Positions 16,793-25,010 of a stretch of 32,000 bases of DNA are shown here, in pieces. The notes beneath the pieces are model-generated. The model saw only the letters and a program-made list of their open reading frames with translations. It made no database searches and was not told the DNA's origin. Numbering within the stretch: the stretch's first letter is position 1; the number at the start of each line of letters is the position of its first letter. The DNA lies in contig NZ_RSDW01000001.1 in NCBI RefSeq assembly GCF_003945235.1, forward strand, positions 2,280,001-2,312,000, written 5' to 3'. Origin of the DNA: Edaphobacter aggregans. Lineage in GTDB: Bacteria; Acidobacteriota; Terriglobia; Terriglobales; Acidobacteriaceae. The position numbers were made by a program, and so were the translations under genes.

Positions 16793-17280
16793 TGCGCCTC
16801 CGTGATGGTGTTGTAGCGCAGCGTATCAGACACCCTACCTTTTGGAGCCTGAGGGAGGACGCCTGTAACAGTTACGGTCTTACCGAGAAGAGCGGCGATA
16901 TCCAAACCGGTCGCTGCGGGGACTAAGGCAAAGCGATCCTGAGTTCCGGTGACCTCAAAGAACGGTGCATTGACCGTACCGGTCAGCTTGCCTCGTGCAA
17001 TGACAGTTGCGTCTTTATGAGTGAAGCCGTTTTTCTCGACTGCTTGATTGAACTGCCGCATGGCGGCGCTGTTGTCAGGTGTCAATTTGATGACGACGAG
17101 ACCGGTATTGAGGTCCACGTCCACCTTGTCCACGCCCTGAATCCCTTTCATCGAAACATGGATGGCATGGGCACACGGGGCGCAGTCCATGCCGAAGACG
17201 GTAAGGTTGATCTGCTCATATTCGGCGTGAGCAGCGAGAGAAGAGATGGCGAGAATGCCTGCCGTAAGTAGTCTTTTCAT
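16789..17280 (-). CDS. periplasmic heavy-metal-associated (HMA) domain protein
   Basis: The signal peptide is MKRLLTAGILAISSLAAHA. The HMA fold motif FGMDCAPCAH is a GMxCxxC variant, with ...VDKVDVDLNTGLVVIKL. An unassigned domain of about 70 aa forms the C-terminus. ATG 17280 has AAAGG upstream, and the TTG at 17295 is an alternative start. Confidence 0.8.
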   Translation of the reverse strand: MKRLLTAGILAISSLAAHAEYEQINLTVFGMDCAPCAHAIHVSMKGIQGVDKVDVDLNTGLVVIKLTPDNSAAMRQFNQAVEKNGFTHKDATVIARGKLTGTVNAPFFEVTGTQDRFALVPAATGLDIAALLGKTVTVTGVLPQAPKGRVSDTLRYNTITEAQ

Positions 17281-17291
17281 GGTCAGCCTTT

Positions 17292-18149
17292 TCAATGGGA
17301 GCTGGTGTGTGCGGAGTATTTGAGATAGCTGAAGTTGATGGCGAAGCGAACGTGTTCTCGGCCATAGATCGACTCGGACGCATCTCGGACAAGAGGTGCT
17401 TGTACTCCGCCTGAGATGGCAATGTTTTTGAAGATTGCGAGAACAGAGGGACCAAGCCAGAGCGTCGTTGTGCTGCTACTTGGAAGGATTGCCCCGTTTG
17501 TTCGCACATTACCGGTGTGTTCTCCGGTAAATTCTGCGAAGCCTCGATAATCCCACTTGTCGTAGCCCCTTCGAAGTCTAGCCGGACGATAGCCATAGAC
17601 GCCACTCCAGGAAATTGTGTCTGGCCTTCGGTCGTGCGAAGCCTCGGCAAAGCGGGTATAGCCGCCGCCGATCCAGGCGTACTGGCTCCTAGAAGCAAGG
17701 CCCGTTGCCAGAGCGCCTGCGACGCCCGGCGCTCGATGAAGATTGGCGAGAACTCCGGAGTCCTGCTGTGGACCAGGAACCACGACTCCGAGCGAAGCTG
17801 TCGATTCGATCCGCTTCCCGACGCTGGTAACCAAGTGCTGGAACCGCCATGAAGCTCCCGCAGACCATTCACTGCCCGGAACGATACGACTCTCCGGGAG
17901 AGAGCCACTGCCGAACGTCGCTGGCAGGAATGCATTTAGCGTGAGGTGAGGAGTGATGCCGTACCCAAAGCCTGATCCCGTCGAGAACTGTGTTCCCTGA
18001 GAGCCGCTTCTACCGAAGATGCCGGTATCGAAACTCAGCTCGCGCTGCGAGTTAACGGGGGTAGCGTAGCTGAAGACAGGACCGTGGTCAGCGGCAACAG
18101 CAATCCCCGGCAGCGCAAACGCACATGCCAGAACCATAAGGGATTTCAT
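17292..18149 (-). CDS. predicted outer-membrane beta-barrel protein (possibly MetA/phenol-degradation-like transporter family)
   Basis: ATG 18149 lies behind GAAGGAG. The signal peptide is MKSLMVLACAFALPGIAVA. The body shows an alternating Gly/Ser/Tyr-rich strand pattern and ends in a ...RFAINFSYLKY barrel-like C-terminus. The family call is low-confidence. Confidence 0.6.
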   Translation of the reverse strand: MKSLMVLACAFALPGIAVAADHGPVFSYATPVNSQRELSFDTGIFGRSGSQGTQFSTGSGFGYGITPHLTLNAFLPATFGSGSLPESRIVPGSEWSAGASWRFQHLVTSVGKRIESTASLGVVVPGPQQDSGVLANLHRAPGVAGALATGLASRSQYAWIGGGYTRFAEASHDRRPDTISWSGVYGYRPARLRRGYDKWDYRGFAEFTGEHTGNVRTNGAILPSSSTTTLWLGPSVLAIFKNIAISGGVQAPLVRDASESIYGREHVRFAINFSYLKYSAHTSSH

Positions 18150-18223
18150 AAGTGCTCCTTCGTTTGAACCAAATGAGGCGCAGACGCACATTGGTGCGCA
18201 TGTCATCGGCTACGAAGGAGAAA

Positions 18224-18580
18224 TCAGATTCTGAGTACGGTTGTCCTTGCGGCTATTAATCCCGGCGGAGAATGTTCGTCGAAAGCGCCGAGCAAAGAAG
18301 ATGTGATCGTTTGGATATCAACGACAGCCGGTGCCAGCCAGTCGACGACTGCCCAGTGAAGATCGACTGATGGGGTTTTCGTCACAATCTGCGGGTTCAC
18401 GTCCGTCCGAACTTCTGTCTGGCAGCAACCCATCTTGGCCATCCGTCCGCAGTTGCCATGCATAGCGCGGCAACAAGCACTCTCTTCGCGGCTCATGCTG
18501 CTGCCGGTCATGCAGGCCAAAACGGGAGCTGCAGTGGACAGCAGAAGCAGGATCGTCACGATGCTAGCGAGGCGACGCAT
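18224..18580 (-). CDS. Cys/Met-rich secreted protein, possibly a lipoprotein
   Basis: The signal peptide ends in the lipobox-like PVLAC. The next 32 residues, CMTGSSMSREESACCRAMHGNCGRMAKMGCCQ, contain 6 Cys, 5 Met and 1 His. It is the first gene of a 4-gene minus-strand operon. Confidence 0.6.
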   Translation of the reverse strand: MRRLASIVTILLLLSTAAPVLACMTGSSMSREESACCRAMHGNCGRMAKMGCCQTEVRTDVNPQIVTKTPSVDLHWAVVDWLAPAVVDIQTITSSLLGAFDEHSPPGLIAARTTVLRI

Positions 18581-18866
18581 ATGCCATTAAATATACGCCG
18601 GGTGCTCACGACAGGTACCTTGCCCTTAGATAACCGCGGAATGTGCAGGCACAGATGTCCAATGATCCATCAAAAGGTTGAGCACGGATACGTACTGGAG
18701 ATGGAAGACAGTCTGCTTGGCGGTGGGTAGACTCGGTGGGACTTGACAGCAAATTTGTAGTCAACTTCTTGCCACGATCAGGCCCGAAAAGCCAGGTATG
18801 GCGGACAAGCCGACTCCATCGCAGACATAAGCGCGATGAGCGGGCAATGCAACTTCAGGAGACCAC

Positions 18867-21800
18867 ATGAAGCGTCATCGTTTACTCCCCCTCATTCTCG
18901 TCATTGGATTATTTGTTTCGACATCCTTCGCATGGTCGCAAGCGAACTATGTGGCGTTGCGTGGAGTCGTGATGGACCCACAGCATCTCCCGATTCCGCA
19001 TGCAAGCGTAAAGCTGACTCTGGTTAATACGGGCGCAGAACGAGCTGTTACAGCAGATGGACATGGAGCTTATGAAGTAGACGGACTACTGCCGGGATCG
19101 TACATCGTGCAGGCGGAGAGCAAGGGGTTTGCTATAGCGCGGCGGTCGCTGCAATTGGAAGTCGGTCAGGACGCGACATTCGACGTGATGCTTGCGGTAG
19201 GACCAGACACTCAGACGATTTCAGCTGTAGCGGCGTCAGAACTACTGCGGACTTCTGATGCGAGCGTAGGAGAGGTAGTGGATCAGCGTTCGGTGTCGCA
19301 ATTGCCGCTGAACGGTCGCATGCTCGTAGACTTGATGCTCACAGTACCCGGCGCGCATGTCAGTCATGGAGCGCAGACGGGAGACATGAACCCACTCTAC
19401 TGGAGACCGGGACAACGGTCGGCGATCAGTGTAGGCGGGAACCGCCCGAATGCGAATTACTTTCTGCTGGATGGCGCGACGAATACTGACCCGACGTTCA
19501 ACACACAGAACTTCAGCGCGTCGCCGGATGCGGTGCAGGAGTTCAATGTGCAGGTAGGGAGCTACTCGGCGGAGATGGGCGGGGCGGGCGGCGGTCAGGT
19601 CAACATAGTGACGCGTTCGGGTGGAACCCATCTGCACGGTACTGTTTATGCGTTTGTGCGTAATGGAGCAATGGATGCGCACTCGTTCAATGATATGGGT
19701 GGAACGAACCACCTCGTCCAGAACAACTTTGGGGGCTCACTAAGCGGGCCCATTTTCGGGAAGAAGACGTTCTACTTCGTCAACTACGAAGGACTGCGCC
19801 ATGTGCAGGCGGACACCATGACAGACACCGTGCCAACCCCTGAAGAGGTAGCCGGCGACTTCAGCATGAGTGGAGTGACAATTTACGATCCGAAGACAAC
19901 AGTGACGAACCCGAACTACAACCCTGCATTGCCAGTGACCGCATCGAATCCTCAGTTTACGCGGCAGCCGTTCCCGAACAACGTGATCCCTGCGAGCCGT
20001 TTAAGCCCAGTCGCAGTCACGATGCTGACGCAATACACACCGCAGCCCAATATGATGATGGGCATGGGCGGCGCGGGAATGACAATGATGGGAACGCCGA
20101 CCGTTGTCGGTGCAGGTAACGACTCCAACAACTATTTGGACGTCAGGAATGAGGTCCACAATACGGACCAGGGAACGATACGAGTCGATCATCAGTTCAA
20201 TGCGAACAACACCGGATTCATCAGGTACAGCGCGGGTGGCGAGCATGGCTTCATGCCCGAAAATCTACCAGGGTTTGGCTACTATCATGACAACTTGTCG
20301 CAACAGGGTGCCGGATCATACAGCCATATCTTTACTCCGACGTTGTTGAATGTGGCGACGGTGGCCGTGTCGCGGCTGAGTATGAATCACTGGACGGAAA
20401 GCGCGAACAAGAATGACATCACGGGCTCTCTGGGGATTCAGGGAGTAGGCTTTGGCGGACCGGAAGCATGGGGTGCACCCTATTTCAACGTGCAGGGATA
20501 TTCGCCGATTGGTGATAGCTACGCGGCAACGCCGATGCATGCATGGGACACGCTGATCGAAGGCCGCGACACCGTGAGTTGGCTGGTCGGTAAACATAGC
20601 CTGAAGATTGGCGGAGGGTACCAGTGGTTTATCTGGCCCATGTGGGGGTTCTTTCAGAATCGCGGCTATTACCAGTTCACCAATGGATTTACGACGGACA
20701 TTGGAGCGAACGATGGGACTGGCTCGGCGCTGGCGAGTTTTCTCCTCGGGCTGCCAGTGGTTCGACAGAGACAAGCAGGAGTTCCGCAGATGAACCTGCG
20801 TCAGTGGTACGCAAATGGCTATGTACAGGACACGTTCCGTATAACGAGGAATACGACGGTCGACTATGGCGTCCGGTATGAGTACATGAGTGCGTTGAGA
20901 GACATCAAGTACACCAATAGCAACCTGACGTTTTCATCGAATGGCACACCGAGTGTTTTTATCGGCGGACAGAATGGGATGCCGGAAGGTTTGATGTATC
21001 CAAGTAAGACGGATTTTGCGCCTAGGTTCGGGATTTCACACAGTATCCCGGATAGGGGCTTGGTCCTCCACGCTGCGTACGGAATCTTCTTTACCCCGGT
21101 CGATATGAACACGTGGTGCAATCAACGGCATAATGTTCCGTACACCTTCCCCGAGACGAACCAGAGCGACAACTTTACGCCCTCGATCACTACATTTAAC
21201 TTTGCTCCGGCGGTACTCGGAACGACGGTGGTAAGTTTCACCGGAATGCAGACAAACCCGTCGTCGCAATATATCCAACAGTGGAGCGCGACGGTCGAAC
21301 AAAGCGTGGGAAGAAACACAGTGTTGGAGATCGGGTACCTGGGCGCACGCGGATTCCATCTGCAGCGGGCGCACCTGATCAACAATGCACAGCCCGGACC
21401 GGGGCTGATTCAGCCTCGGCGGCCCTTCAAGACGATCAGCTTTGTACCGAATACGGTATTGCCGCCGAACATCGTGGTGACAAGTACAACGTTTGGAGTA
21501 AGTACGATCAACCTGCTGGAGAACACGGCGCAAAGTTGGTATGACGCCGGCTATGTCAACATAAGGCGACGCGCGGCTAAGGGGCTAAGTTTCCTCGCGA
21601 ACTACACGTGGTCGAAGAGCCTGTCAAACGCGCCGGATTTCCGCTCTCCGATGTTTGAGGCGGCGATACCGCAGAACAACAACAACCTGGCGGCAGAGAA
21701 AGGCCCTGCCTGCGATGTGCGAAACCGGCTGGCGTTAAGTGCTGTGTACGACGTTCCCACCTGGGGACGCAGCCGGTTGACACGGGCTGTGACGGCTGAC

Positions 21801-22250
21801 TGGCGGGCGTCGACGATCTTCCAGGTGCAGAGCGGATTCCCGCTTACGATCTCCGTGTTCGGTGATACAGCGAATGCCGGGACGGCGCTCGGAGAGAATC
21901 CCGTAAGGGCGAACGCAACCGGACAGCAGGTGTTTGGACCGGGAACACGCAATGCAACGACTTGGTTCAACCCGGCAGCGTTCGTGGCGCCTCCAGCGTA
22001 TGCCTTCGGGAATACAGGAAGAAACTCCGTCGTTGGGCCGGGGATGCAGACGATGGATGTAAGCCTCGTACGAAGCTTCGCACTTAAGGAAGCTTTCCAT
22101 CTGGAGACCAGAGGTGAGTTCTTCAACGCACTCAATCACACGAACCTTGGAACACCGAATCGGTTCGTAAATACGGCTGGGTTCGGGTCAATCACCGAAG
22201 TAACGACTCCGGGAAGAGAAATTCAGGTAAGCGCCCGGCTTTTGTTCTGA
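18867..22250 (+). CDS. TonB-dependent receptor-like outer-membrane protein with carboxypeptidase-regulatory-like domain (TBDR-2)
   Basis: 1127-aa ORF with signal peptide MKRHRLLPLILVIGLFVSTSFAWSQA. The N-terminal beta-sandwich reads LRGVVMDPQHLPIPHASVKLTLVNTGAERAVTADGHGAYEVDGLLPGSYIVQAESKGF. The barrel ends ...EIQVSARLLF. It contains a Met-rich insert, NMMMGMGGAGMTMMG. Confidence 0.85.
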   Translation: MKRHRLLPLILVIGLFVSTSFAWSQANYVALRGVVMDPQHLPIPHASVKLTLVNTGAERAVTADGHGAYEVDGLLPGSYIVQAESKGFAIARRSLQLEVGQDATFDVMLAVGPDTQTISAVAASELLRTSDASVGEVVDQRSVSQLPLNGRMLVDLMLTVPGAHVSHGAQTGDMNPLYWRPGQRSAISVGGNRPNANYFLLDGATNTDPTFNTQNFSASPDAVQEFNVQVGSYSAEMGGAGGGQVNIVTRSGGTHLHGTVYAFVRNGAMDAHSFNDMGGTNHLVQNNFGGSLSGPIFGKKTFYFVNYEGLRHVQADTMTDTVPTPEEVAGDFSMSGVTIYDPKTTVTNPNYNPALPVTASNPQFTRQPFPNNVIPASRLSPVAVTMLTQYTPQPNMMMGMGGAGMTMMGTPTVVGAGNDSNNYLDVRNEVHNTDQGTIRVDHQFNANNTGFIRYSAGGEHGFMPENLPGFGYYHDNLSQQGAGSYSHIFTPTLLNVATVAVSRLSMNHWTESANKNDITGSLGIQGVGFGGPEAWGAPYFNVQGYSPIGDSYAATPMHAWDTLIEGRDTVSWLVGKHSLKIGGGYQWFIWPMWGFFQNRGYYQFTNGFTTDIGANDGTGSALASFLLGLPVVRQRQAGVPQMNLRQWYANGYVQDTFRITRNTTVDYGVRYEYMSALRDIKYTNSNLTFSSNGTPSVFIGGQNGMPEGLMYPSKTDFAPRFGISHSIPDRGLVLHAAYGIFFTPVDMNTWCNQRHNVPYTFPETNQSDNFTPSITTFNFAPAVLGTTVVSFTGMQTNPSSQYIQQWSATVEQSVGRNTVLEIGYLGARGFHLQRAHLINNAQPGPGLIQPRRPFKTISFVPNTVLPPNIVVTSTTFGVSTINLLENTAQSWYDAGYVNIRRRAAKGLSFLANYTWSKSLSNAPDFRSPMFEAAIPQNNNNLAAEKGPACDVRNRLALSAVYDVPTWGRSRLTRAVTADWRASTIFQVQSGFPLTISVFGDTANAGTALGENPVRANATGQQVFGPGTRNATTWFNPAAFVAPPAYAFGNTGRNSVVGPGMQTMDVSLVRSFALKEAFHLETRGEFFNALNHTNLGTPNRFVNTAGFGSITEVTTPGREIQVSARLLF

Positions 22251-22268
22251 CAAGGCGAAAGCTTGTCA
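22248..22268 (+). terminator. weak stem-loop at the TBDR-2 stop
   Basis: TGACAAG-GCGAAAG-CTTGTCA forms a 7-bp stem. No clear T-tract follows (TATCTTCC). Confidence 0.25.
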
Positions 22269-22345
22269 TATCTTCCCGCGCGGTAAAACGACCTCGTCAC
22301 CGATTCCAGCTGATTCCACGGAACTTCGTGGGAAAGTTGCTCTGC

Positions 22346-22804
22346 TTATTTCGTGGGCGCCGGGGAGACGCTTTTCGAGAAGGCTATCTGCAGCCGGTTG
22401 CCCGTCGACGTGGGCTCGTATTCCAGCATATCGGCAAATCCACGTATCAGGCGTATTCCATGGCCGCCGATCCGGGTCTCGCCCTGTTCATCGAGCACAG
22501 GGAGCGCCTGTGCTTCCAGTGGATTGAACGGCGGGGCATCGTCATCGACAGTGAACACTAAATTTCCTTCGCTGGAGACCAAGAAGTGCACGGCAATGAA
22601 GCTCCCAACCTGGTTCGCATAGCCGTGACGAATCACGTTTGAAACTGCCTCTTCCAGACAAAGATTGATTGCGAACTGGAGGCTCTCGACAATTTCATAC
22701 TCCGACGCGAGAGCTTCAATCCAAGGGAAGATTCGACTCATTTCGGAGAGTTCACTCCTCAGAACGATTCGATCCTGGATTCGCCCCGTTTCGCTCTTGG
22801 TCAT
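22346..22804 (-). CDS. RsbW/SpoIIAB-like anti-sigma regulatory Ser kinase (HATPase_c)
   Basis: 152 aa. It has an N-box-like LCLEEAVSNVIRHGY, then DDDAPPFNP, and a G-box-like GGHGIRLIRGFADMLEY. Confidence 0.8.
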   Translation of the reverse strand: MTKSETGRIQDRIVLRSELSEMSRIFPWIEALASEYEIVESLQFAINLCLEEAVSNVIRHGYANQVGSFIAVHFLVSSEGNLVFTVDDDAPPFNPLEAQALPVLDEQGETRIGGHGIRLIRGFADMLEYEPTSTGNRLQIAFSKSVSPAPTK

Positions 22805-22837
22805 CGTCTGCCGCGCCTCCCGGTAAGTGGTCTCGGG

Positions 22838-23173
22838 CTACTGGAATGTAGCAAGAGCGGCCTGCAGGTCATGGTGCACTGGAATCATGGTGTCGATGCC
22901 GCTCGTCTTGAGCACCTTTTCGACCATCGCGTTGGGGCCAAATAAGACCATTATGCCTCCGCGGTTCTTGATCGCCCGCGCCGGCGAGACCAGAGAACGT
23001 AATCCCATAGACCCGATAAACGAGACCTTCTGCAGATCGATCATGACAGCCTTGTGCGCACCGGCAATTATATTCATCTGCAGATCAATGGCTGCCGCGC
23101 CCTCGATGCCTAGATTGCCTTCGAGGATCACTCTGGTGATGCCGCCGGCCAGTTCTTCAGTTGTAATTCGCAT
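22838..23173 (-). CDS. STAS-domain anti-sigma-factor antagonist (RsbV/SpoIIAA-like)
   Basis: ATG 23173 lies behind AAGGAG, giving MRITTEELAGGITRVILEGNLGIEGAAAIDLQ...DLQKVSFIGSMGLRSL. This matches the DLSxVxFIDSxGL motif and keeps the phosphorylatable Ser. The track ORF extends to 23269. Confidence 0.85.
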   Translation of the reverse strand: MRITTEELAGGITRVILEGNLGIEGAAAIDLQMNIIAGAHKAVMIDLQKVSFIGSMGLRSLVSPARAIKNRGGIMVLFGPNAMVEKVLKTSGIDTMIPVHHDLQAALATFQ

Positions 23174-23318
23174 TTCGTATAGCTCCTTGCTCGGCCCCAA
23201 TTGGACATCCTTCAGCAGAAACGTCTCATTTCCTATAGCGGAACACTTTGGTGAGCGTGCAGTGAACATACTTGGCGCATATTACCATCGTGTTACAGGG
23301 TGTGGCTGTGCTTTCCGA

Positions 23319-25010
23319 TCATTTCAATGTGAGAACGATTTGGCTATCGGGATAGAGCCCCTGAGGCATTCCGACACTTGCTGATTGCCCCTTCAAACGC
23401 AACTCGACCTTGAGCGTATGTTTCTTCTTCTGGAGGAAGTCGGCGCTTACCGTGTTCGAGGTTTGCTGTACCGCGCCGCTCTTCGCAGAGACGCGAAACT
23501 CCTGCACTCCTGGCGGAACGAATGAATCCTGGCCAAGCCCCCCCGAATTGCGGGAATAGATCCTGCCGTTCATTTCGACCGTAAAATCCAGCCCCCGTGG
23601 CATTCCGCTCGCGTCAATCTTCAGCCTGGCGTTTTGCTTCGGATCCAGAGTCATGGGATCGAACCCCAGCGGCTCAATTTTTGGCGCGGCTGGGGTTGAT
23701 TTCGCCGACAAACTAGCGCCGGCATTCGGCGGAGCCGTGACACTCGGCTTCTTTTCACTGACGCTCGGGCCTGGGCTCGACGTAGCAGCCTTGGGCTTGT
23801 TGCCAGCCACGGTCTTGGGCACTGGACTAGCGGCGTCCACAGCGTTGGTGCCCACCATCGGCGCCGGTGTCGTCGTTGGTGCTGGTGCCGGTGCCGAACT
23901 CGTCGCTCCCAGGGATGGTGGCGGGCTCTGCCGCGCATGCAATGTGTACCAACCCGCTGATACCGACGCGACAACAATCCCCGCTGCAACGACCAGCCCC
24001 ATCTTGCTGTTGCGCTTGCTCTCCGACGCGGGTGTACTTGCTACTGGCTGAGCCGGCGTCGCTACTACGGCAGGTGCCGGCACTGTCGGCACCGCTTCGA
24101 ATAAGGTCGCGTCGTCATCACCGGTAGCGGTCATCACTCGCGGCATGGTAATCGACGTATTTGTCGCAGTCTTGCTCGTTCGCAGTTCGCCAAGCTCGCG
24201 GGCCAACTCCTCCCCTGTCTGATATCGCGCCGCAGGATCCTTCTCCATGCACTTCTGAATGATGCTCTCGAACCGCGCCGGGAGTGCTGGATTCAGCTTG
24301 CGCGGTGGGATCGGCTCGGTATGCACTACCTTGTATAAAACCGTGGACAGGCTTCCCCCCGGAAACGGTTGTTCCCCTGTGGCCAGCCAGTAGAGAACGA
24401 CTCCCAGCGAAAAGATATCAGCACGACCATCCACTTGCGCTCCTGTGAACTGCTCAGGCGGCATGAAGGCGGGCGTACCCAACATCTTGCCTGTCATCGT
24501 CATCTCGCTCTCGGTGAGCTTCGCGATACCGAAATCGGCGATTTTTGGCCGCTCGATGCCGTAGGCCTCGCGGGAGGTCAGCAGGATATTCGCGGGCTTG
24601 ATATCGCGGTGTACCACGCCACGTTGGTGCGCATACCCTAGTGCCTCCGCGATTTTTTGCCCGATCTCGCATATGCGATCGAGATTAAAGCGCTCTCCCC
24701 TGTCGTAGACATTGGCCAGGGTCCAGCCGTTGACGTACTCCATCACCAGGAAGGGCTGACCATTGTGTTCACCGACGTCGAAGACCGGCACGATTCCGGG
24801 ATGGGTCAAGGCTCCAGCGGCACGCGCCTCGCGGAAGAAGCGTTCGCGAAACTCACCGCCCTCGTCGCTGGCAAGGGCGGCCGAAATGATCGTCTTCAGC
24901 GCCACGATCCGGTCCATCGCCGGATCCTTCGCCCGGTACACCGCTCCCATGGCGCCGCGCCCCAGTTCTTCAATAATCTCGTACCGCCCGATCTTTTGTA
25001 GAGTGTTCAT
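23319..25010 (-). CDS. Hanks-type Ser/Thr protein kinase, single TM, extracytoplasmic C-terminal beta-rich domain
   Basis: The kinase motifs are the G-loop GRGAMGAVY, VALK, HRDIKPANIL, DFG and the APE-like PPE. A TM segment MGLVVAAGIVVASVSAGWYTL follows, then a Pro/Ala/Ser/Thr linker. The terminal domain of about 110 aa (PPGVQEFRVSAKSG...) may be PEGA-like. The start ATG overlaps the upstream gene stop (ATGA). Confidence 0.9.
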   Translation of the reverse strand: MNTLQKIGRYEIIEELGRGAMGAVYRAKDPAMDRIVALKTIISAALASDEGGEFRERFFREARAAGALTHPGIVPVFDVGEHNGQPFLVMEYVNGWTLANVYDRGERFNLDRICEIGQKIAEALGYAHQRGVVHRDIKPANILLTSREAYGIERPKIADFGIAKLTESEMTMTGKMLGTPAFMPPEQFTGAQVDGRADIFSLGVVLYWLATGEQPFPGGSLSTVLYKVVHTEPIPPRKLNPALPARFESIIQKCMEKDPAARYQTGEELARELGELRTSKTATNTSITMPRVMTATGDDDATLFEAVPTVPAPAVVATPAQPVASTPASESKRNSKMGLVVAAGIVVASVSAGWYTLHARQSPPPSLGATSSAPAPAPTTTPAPMVGTNAVDAASPVPKTVAGNKPKAATSSPGPSVSEKKPSVTAPPNAGASLSAKSTPAAPKIEPLGFDPMTLDPKQNARLKIDASGMPRGLDFTVEMNGRIYSRNSGGLGQDSFVPPGVQEFRVSAKSGAVQQTSNTVSADFLQKKKHTLKVELRLKGQSASVGMPQGLYPDSQIVLTLK

